A stretch of 64,000 bases of DNA, taken from Bacillota bacterium. Lineage in GTDB: Bacteria; Bacillota; UBA5301; Bu52. This document shows positions 59,410 to 64,000 of this stretch, piece after piece. The position numbers were made by a program, and so were the translations under genes. How positions within the stretch are numbered: position 1 is the stretch's first letter; every line of letters starts with the position of its first letter. Location of the stretch: the NCBI GenBank assembly GCA_014896355.1, contig JADBKO010000005.1, forward strand, positions 34,286 through 98,285, given 5' to 3'. The notes below the pieces were generated by a model. It had not been told where the DNA came from. It was given only the letters and a program-made list of their open reading frames with translations, and did no database searches.

Positions 59410-59683
59410 AGGCCCTCCTTGGAAAGAGAGAGTTTCAAGGGTTTTTTCGTTTGTTGCCAGGCCCATTCCTGCCTGGGCTCTTCACATAAGGAATGCGAGA
59501 AGGGTTATGAGATTGAGACTTTTTCGACCTCCTTCGAGATTTTCTTTGCCCCGGGCTTCTTGGAGCTATTAAGTTTAGCTCCACTTGCGCCGAAACTAGT
59601 AATGGCCGGAGAAAATGCCGGCTAGGCCCGAGGCAAGGCCTACATAACTACCCCTGACGGGGCGCGGAGACAGGAATACACGT

Positions 59684-59995
59684 CTACTGCGCCCCGCCCC
59701 CCAAGAGCCCCGTCTTGAGAATCATCGGAAAAGCTGCGTAGTCCAGGGCCGCCCATGTGACCGGGTACCGGCCCACGATTTGATCCCGTCGCACCTTCCG
59801 GCCTGCACCTGTAGCACGGTTGTCTCCCCAGACATAGTATTCGCCGGGCACGGTCGTATCATCGTGAATCCGGGCCGCATACGCTATGGATACCCATCTG
59901 CGGGCAGGGTGCGTGACGATGCCGGGAGGAAGAGACCAATGCGGAAAGGATCCATGGGAGAAGCGTTCGACATCCGGGCCGCAGGCGTGGACCAA
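59684..59995 (-). pseudogene. Possible remnant of a type-I signal peptidase gene (C-terminal ~55 aa only)
   Basis: VPGEYYVWGDNRATGAGRKVRRDQIVGRYPV aligns with the SPase I C-terminal box (VP..YFVMGDNR...DSR..G......I.GK). The catalytic Ser/Lys region is missing. Local GC3 is lower. Its 5' end is overlapped by the start of the plus-strand gene at 59939. Confidence 0.3.
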
Positions 59996-60739
59996 AAGGG
60001 TGGCGGAGGTGCCCGGCTGGGCCGCGGTTTATGGGTCTGGTACCTTTCCAAGGCGGAAGGTGGAGACTTGGGGCGCATGGTGGAACGGGCGCGGGCTGCT
60101 CACCTGGACTGGGTGGCCATCAAAGGCGGGGACGGAGTGCGCATCTGGAAGCAGTTGACCCCGGCCGTGGTGCAGGCTTTCCGCGCCGCTGGGATCAAAG
60201 TCCTGGGCTGGGTGTTTGTATATGGCAATGCGCCGGCCGGCGAGGCCCGGGTGGCCTCGGCGGTGCTGGCCACCGGCTGCGACGGCCTTATCGTGGATGC
60301 GGAGCAGGCTTACGAAGGCAAGCCGGACCAAGCAACCGCCTACCTGGCCCAAGTGCGGGCCCAGTTTCCGCAAGCCTTTATCGCATACAGCACCTTCCCG
60401 CTGATTTCCCTTCACCCCGGCTTTCCCTACCGGGAATTCGGACGTTACTGCGACGCCGCCATGCCCCAGTGCTATTGGCAGGACATTGGGATGAGCGTGG
60501 CGGCCATGTTCGAGCGCACGCGGCGGGAATGGTCGACGTGGGCCAAGGAGGCCTGCGCCTCCGGCTGGGGAGAGTCGGTCAAACCGGTCCTCCCCGTGGG
60601 GCAAGGCTACGGTGGCGTAGACGGACCGGCCATCCAGGAGTTCTTGCGCCTCACGGCCGAGGAACCGGGCGTCAGCCTGTGGGAATGGTCCCAGCTGAGC
60701 CCGGGCGTGTGGGAGGTCCTGGAGGCCTTTGCGGGCTGA
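59939..60739 (+). CDS. Hypothetical TIM-barrel protein (possible glycoside-hydrolase-like fold)
   Basis: ATG 59939 with a GGGAGGAAG SD. Alternating beta/alpha pattern (GLWVWYL, VAIKGGDG, IKVLGWVFVY, GLIVDAEQ). I recognise no confident family. The track ORF starts at 59780. Confidence 0.5.
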   Translation: MRKGSMGEAFDIRAAGVDQKGGGGARLGRGLWVWYLSKAEGGDLGRMVERARAAHLDWVAIKGGDGVRIWKQLTPAVVQAFRAAGIKVLGWVFVYGNAPAGEARVASAVLATGCDGLIVDAEQAYEGKPDQATAYLAQVRAQFPQAFIAYSTFPLISLHPGFPYREFGRYCDAAMPQCYWQDIGMSVAAMFERTRREWSTWAKEACASGWGESVKPVLPVGQGYGGVDGPAIQEFLRLTAEEPGVSLWEWSQLSPGVWEVLEAFAG

Positions 60740-60779
60740 CGCATGAAGCCAGCGCACGGTACGCCCTTCCTGTGCTGGG

Positions 60780-61562
60780 CTAGAGCTCCTGCCTCCTGAA
60801 GACCACCACGGACAGGGCCACCATGAGGCCTGCCAGAGCCAACGTGATACCCAGCGCCGGCACCGCGTCGGCAAAGGCGCGGGTGGGGGCCAGGTTCGCC
60901 CCACTGGCCAGAAGGGCATTCTCGTATCGGACCAGGGCCCCTGGCGTGTAGCGGGCCAGCCACGGATGCAGCGAGGGCAGCACCGACAGCACGATGAATG
61001 CGCCTACAGCCAGGCCTCCGGCCGCAGCCGAAGAGCGGCAGAGGGTGCTCGCCAGTAATGTGACGGCCGAGATCAGGAGGTAATAGGCCGAGGCCAGCAG
61101 CAATGCCAGGGCGGAGGCTGCAAACAAGGCTTCCCTAAACAGGATTACCGTGTAGTAAAGGCTTGCCAGATATGCGAGAAGGATGGACCCCAAGACCAAC
61201 ACGGCAGTGGCCACGTATTTACTGACGATGAAGGCGGTGCGCGTCAGGGGCTTGACCGTCATCAGCGCCGCCGTGCCCCGCGCTTTTTCCTCGGCCACGA
61301 GGCCCGTGGAAGTGAAAATGACGGCCAGCACCCCCAGCTGGTTAAGGTTTTTGAACAGCTGTAGGTACGCATCGGCGGCCACGGGGGGCGGGATCTGGAT
61401 CGTCAGGCCCTGAGCCATGGATTTCACCAAGTCCGGCGCCAGTTTGGCCAGAATTGGGCTCATCAGGCCAATGAGCAGGAAAAGCCCGGGGATCACGTAG
61501 ATCTTATAGGTTTTGGCGATCTCCAAGAATTCTTTTTCCAGAAAGGCTGTCTGTCCCTTCAC
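60780..61562 (-). CDS. ABC-2 family transporter permease (YxlG-like)
   Basis: Six-TM profile. GTG 61562 has an AGGAGG SD. It overlaps the ATPase stop by 4 nt. Confidence 0.7.
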   Translation of the reverse strand: MKGQTAFLEKEFLEIAKTYKIYVIPGLFLLIGLMSPILAKLAPDLVKSMAQGLTIQIPPPVAADAYLQLFKNLNQLGVLAVIFTSTGLVAEEKARGTAALMTVKPLTRTAFIVSKYVATAVLVLGSILLAYLASLYYTVILFREALFAASALALLLASAYYLLISAVTLLASTLCRSSAAAGGLAVGAFIVLSVLPSLHPWLARYTPGALVRYENALLASGANLAPTRAFADAVPALGITLALAGLMVALSVVVFRRQEL

Positions 61563-62572
61563 CGGCCATCCTCCTGCCTTCCGTTGGCGTCTCTCCCGGC
61601 GGCGTCCGGCTCCGCGACGCCCTGCGGAGAGGGCTTGCCGTGGATGAGTTCCACGAAAATATCCTCCAGCGATGGCTCCCGCAGCTCGAAGCGGCGCAGC
61701 GCCAGATTGTGGGCGGCCAGCAACGCTGGCAGTTGGTGTTGCGCCGTTGCCAGGTCCCGGGGCAGGACGCGCCACCCCTGCTGATAAACCTCCACGCGGT
61801 CCACCCAGGGCTGGGAGCGGATCGCGGCGATGAAATCACGGCCGTCCTGGCCCCCCTCCACTTCCAGATAGGCCCAATGGGAGGCGTGCGATTGCCGGAG
61901 GCTGCGGATGCTCTGCTGGGTGACCAGCCGCCCTTTGTTGAGGATCGCCACCGTATCGCAAACCCGTTCCGCATCACTCAAGATGTGGGTGGAGAAAAAG
62001 ATCGTCGTCTGTCCAGCCAAGGCGGCAATGGCCTCCAGCGTCTCTTTGCGGCCCATGGGGTCCAGGGCCGAGGTGGGCTCGTCCAGGAAGAGAAGCTCCG
62101 GCTTGTTGATGAGGGCCTGGGCTAAGCCGAGACGCTGTTTCATGCCCCGGGAGAAGCCGCCGATCCGGGTCTTGACACCTGCCAGGCCCGTGAGCTGCAG
62201 GACTTCCTCCACGCGCAGCCGGAGGTTCCGGCCGGACAGGCCGAAAATCTGCCCCGCCAGAGTGAGAAACTCGCCGGCCCGCATCCAGCTGTAGAACTCC
62301 GGCACATCCGGCAGGAAGCCAATGCGGCGCAGATAGGACTGGCGGGGATCTGCGGGCGGCCGCAAGATATCCTGCCCCAACACCGTGGCCCGGCCGGACG
62401 TGGGGCGAGCGAGGCCCACCAGCATGCGCAGCGTGGTGGTTTTGCCTGCTCCATTGGGGCCCAGGAAGCCGAAGACCGATCCTTTGGGGACACACAGCGA
62501 CAGTCCATCCACGGCCATGTGGCCGGCGAAGGCTTTGCTCAGCTGCTGGGTTTCGATGGCTGCGTCTGGCAT
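61559..62572 (-). CDS. ABC transporter ATP-binding protein (YxlF-like)
   Basis: Walker A GPNGAGKTTT, signature FSRGMKQRL and Walker B LFLDEPT. ATG 62572 has a GGGAGAAAGGA SD. Confidence 0.85.
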   Translation of the reverse strand: MPDAAIETQQLSKAFAGHMAVDGLSLCVPKGSVFGFLGPNGAGKTTTLRMLVGLARPTSGRATVLGQDILRPPADPRQSYLRRIGFLPDVPEFYSWMRAGEFLTLAGQIFGLSGRNLRLRVEEVLQLTGLAGVKTRIGGFSRGMKQRLGLAQALINKPELLFLDEPTSALDPMGRKETLEAIAALAGQTTIFFSTHILSDAERVCDTVAILNKGRLVTQQSIRSLRQSHASHWAYLEVEGGQDGRDFIAAIRSQPWVDRVEVYQQGWRVLPRDLATAQHQLPALLAAHNLALRRFELREPSLEDIFVELIHGKPSPQGVAEPDAAGRDANGRQEDGR

Positions 62573-62576
62573 GGAG

Positions 62577-62783
62577 TCAGTCCTTTCTCCCGAAGGCAAA
62601 ATAGGCCAGCGGGCCGATAATATTAAGGAAAAGCGCGATGACCCAGGGCCATTTTGCCCCGCCTGTGACCTGCTCCGGCCGGCGCCGCAAAAGGTCCACG
62701 AGACCGGCGGCGAACAGCGCCACCTGCAGCAGGAGGAGCGGAATCAACAACTGCCAGTGTTCGCGAAGAACATCCACAGGCAT
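62577..62783 (-). CDS. PLDc_N-type small membrane protein (YxlE-like, 68 aa)
   Basis: Single TM followed by RRRPEQVTGGAKWPWVIALFLNIIGPLAYFAFGRK, a PLD-nuclease-N-terminal-like pattern. It sits immediately upstream of the ABC ATPase gene. Confidence 0.55.
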   Translation of the reverse strand: MPVDVLREHWQLLIPLLLLQVALFAAGLVDLLRRRPEQVTGGAKWPWVIALFLNIIGPLAYFAFGRKD

Positions 62784-62796
62784 CCCTCCCGTATGT

Positions 62797-62832
62797 TCGG
62801 AGATTCATCTGTAGTCGGAGATCCATCTGTAG
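62797..62832. repeat. Tandem 18-bp direct repeat (tcggagattcatctgtag / tcggagatccatctgtag)
   Basis: Two adjacent copies with one mismatch, in the intergenic space between the two PLDc_N mini-genes. Confidence 0.8.
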
Positions 62833-62875
62833 ATTAAACGGGCGCACCCGTCGTACTCATGGCCTCTTCCCTCCC

Positions 62876-63100
62876 TCATCTCCTTTTCCCTCCCCGCGGC
62901 CTGCGCCGCGTGACCAAAAGGTAGACGATCAGGGAGGACGGCACGTTCAGCAGGCCGAAAGCCCCCCATAGCCAGCGGTTTTCGCCGCGCGCAGCCGCGT
63001 CCCGGAAAATCCAATATGCCTGGCTCACGAGAAGGATACAAAGCACGACCAGCGCCCGTGGATCATGCCCCCAAGCCTCCAGGCTGTCCGGGAATTTCAT
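62876..63100 (-). CDS. Second PLDc_N-type small membrane protein (74 aa)
   Basis: ILLVSQAYWIFRDAAARGENRWLWGAFGLLNVPSSLIVYLL. Confidence 0.5.
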   Translation of the reverse strand: MKFPDSLEAWGHDPRALVVLCILLVSQAYWIFRDAAARGENRWLWGAFGLLNVPSSLIVYLLVTRRRPRGGKRR

Positions 63101-63104
63101 GGGA

Positions 63105-63728
63105 TCACCTCCGCTTCACAGGCGTGGCATCCGGGACAGCGGGCCCGCCCGGTCCATCCGGCCCGTCCGGTCCGTCCGGTCCGCCGGTGCTGAAGAGCAC
63201 CAGCGTCCAGGGCATCAGGGAGTAAAGAAGCATCTGGGCCGCCAAGAGCCCCTGCGAGCCCCAGCGCCACCAGACCAAGGCGTGCAGGCTCAAAACCGCG
63301 GCACAGAGCAAGGCAAAGGACACGTTGTCGAGGATCTGCCGTCTTTTTTGGGCCCGCTGCTGCCGTAGACTCTCCGCCCGGTCCAGAATGGCCAGGATCA
63401 TGGCCTGTTCCGGCGGAGCCAGGCGCGAGAAAGCGCCGGGCCCGCCGGCGGGCCCCCATCCTTGCGCGGCTGCGCCGCTGCCGGCCTGCCTGCCGCCGGC
63501 CCGTCCGCCGCCGGTTTGGCTGCGGGGCGCATCCGGGGCGTGCCTCAAGGCCTGCAGATCCTCCCAGAAGGCCTGGCACTCCGGGCACGCCCGCCAGTGG
63601 GCAGACAGGGCCGGGGCCAACGAATCCATCTCGCCGTACCAGAAGTCCGTCAAGGCAGCCTGGACGGCGGCGCAACGGCGTTTCATTTTCATATGGTTGG
63701 CCTGTGGTCGGAGGGCGTTATTCTTCAT
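63105..63728 (-). CDS. Zinc-dependent (ZAS-type) anti-sigma factor with a C-terminal transmembrane segment
   Basis: HWRACPEC (H-x3-C-x2-C) motif and a hydrophobic C-terminal helix. The start may be ATG 63692 rather than 63728. The tail contains GPDGPDGPDGPGGP. Confidence 0.65.
   Translation of the reverse strand: MKNNALRPQANHMKMKRRCAAVQAALTDFWYGEMDSLAPALSAHWRACPECQAFWEDLQALRHAPDAPRSQTGGGRAGGRQAGSGAAAQGWGPAGGPGAFSRLAPPEQAMILAILDRAESLRQQRAQKRRQILDNVSFALLCAAVLSLHALVWWRWGSQGLLAAQMLLYSLMPWTLVLFSTGGPDGPDGPDGPGGPAVPDATPVKRR
63139..63174. repeat. 9-bp x4 tandem repeat (ccggtccat / ccggcccgt / ccggtccgt / ccggtccgc) inside the anti-sigma gene
   Basis: Seen directly. It encodes the GPDGPDGPDGPGGP tract near the anti-sigma C-terminus. 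Confidence 0.75.
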
Positions 63729-64000
63729 AGGATCGCCTCGTTTTGAGAAAACGCCGGATCTCCTGAACGGCTTGATGCAGCCGTGATTTCACGGTCCCAT
63801 CCGGGCAATGCAGCAAGCCGGCGATTTCCTGGTAGCGCAGGCCGTAGTAGTGTTTCAGGATGAAGACCGCCCGCTTCTCGGGCGCCAGCGTCGCCAGGGC
63901 CTGCAAGACCTCCCCGCATTGGATATGCCGCAGGGCAGCGCCCTCCACATCTGCTGCGGACGAGTCTGCCGGCAGGGAAGCACCTGCGGATCCTACGCCG
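63718..64000 (-). CDS. ECF (sigma-70 family, SigY-like) RNA polymerase sigma factor. Only the C-terminal region-4 part is in the window
   Basis: Region 4.2 HTH LRYQEIAGLLHCPDGTVKSRLHQA. The ORF is open to the window end. It overlaps the anti-sigma start. Confidence 0.75.
   Translation of the reverse strand, partial: GVGSAGASLPADSSAADVEGAALRHIQCGEVLQALATLAPEKRAVFILKHYYGLRYQEIAGLLHCPDGTVKSRLHQAVQEIRRFLKTRRSYEE

Noticed and set aside
59521-59640. Looked for tRNA-Sec (selC) next to selA. The hairpin GGAGCTA-TTAAGTT-TAGCTCC resembles an anticodon arm.
   Set aside because: No acceptor stem, D-arm or T-arm (GTTCGAnTCC) can be built around it. The stem is 7 bp, too long for an anticodon arm.
57463-62832. 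Two-copy tandem repeats at 57463-57501 and 62797-62832, considered as a mini-CRISPR array or attachment-site duplication flanking a mobile element
   Set aside because: There are only two copies each. The two loci have different sequences. No cas, integrase or transposase genes are nearby, and no compositional island lies between them.

Overview
High-GC (~68%) Bacillota-like chromosomal segment. Supporting signals: a SAM-I riboswitch, a sigY-type ECF sigma operon and SelA. I found no transposase, integrase, CRISPR array, tRNA or rRNA. Reading 5'->3': (1) metX-metY methionine operon on the minus strand behind a SAM-I riboswitch with its terminator. (2) dTDP-L-rhamnose operon rmlB-rmlA-rmlC-rmlD. 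(3) phoU plus a Na/Pi cotransporter. (4) A four-gene ABC-2 / GldG-like / DUF4340 system. (5) The main accessory region (14.6-38.2 kb): two paralogous carbohydrate loci. Each is built from a DUF4127 protein, a NanE-type TIM-barrel epimerase, a pfam12831-like FAD oxidoreductase and a CUT1 sugar ABC importer. The first also carries a CE7 esterase, an RpiR regulator, a ROK kinase, a GHL10-like protein and a GH20-like hydrolase. Its two intergenic regions hold a conserved dual palindromic operator. The second is headed by a LacI regulator preceded by TTGCGCAA-type repeats and ends in a frameshifted permease. (6) A signalling neighbourhood: a GAF/HD-GYP protein and a small winged-helix protein divergent from a KaiC-like ATPase with a degenerate second domain, then gnd-zwf, a cyclase-family protein and a second HD-GYP protein. 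(7) RsmF-like methyltransferase, TreT-like trehalose synthase, a PIG-L deacetylase and an amidohydrolase. (8) A lipoprotein with a periplasmic-binding-protein fold interrupted by very long Gly/Ala-rich tracts, encoded by GGN/GCN simple repeats, next to a COG2509 FAD dehydrogenase. (9) selA, a signal-peptidase-I C-terminal remnant, a TIM-barrel protein, and an ABC exporter with two PLDc_N mini-proteins, a ZAS anti-sigma factor and an ECF sigma gene truncated at the window end. Many long ORFs antisense to these genes are GC-driven artefacts. All functional calls rest on remembered family motifs, not database searches.
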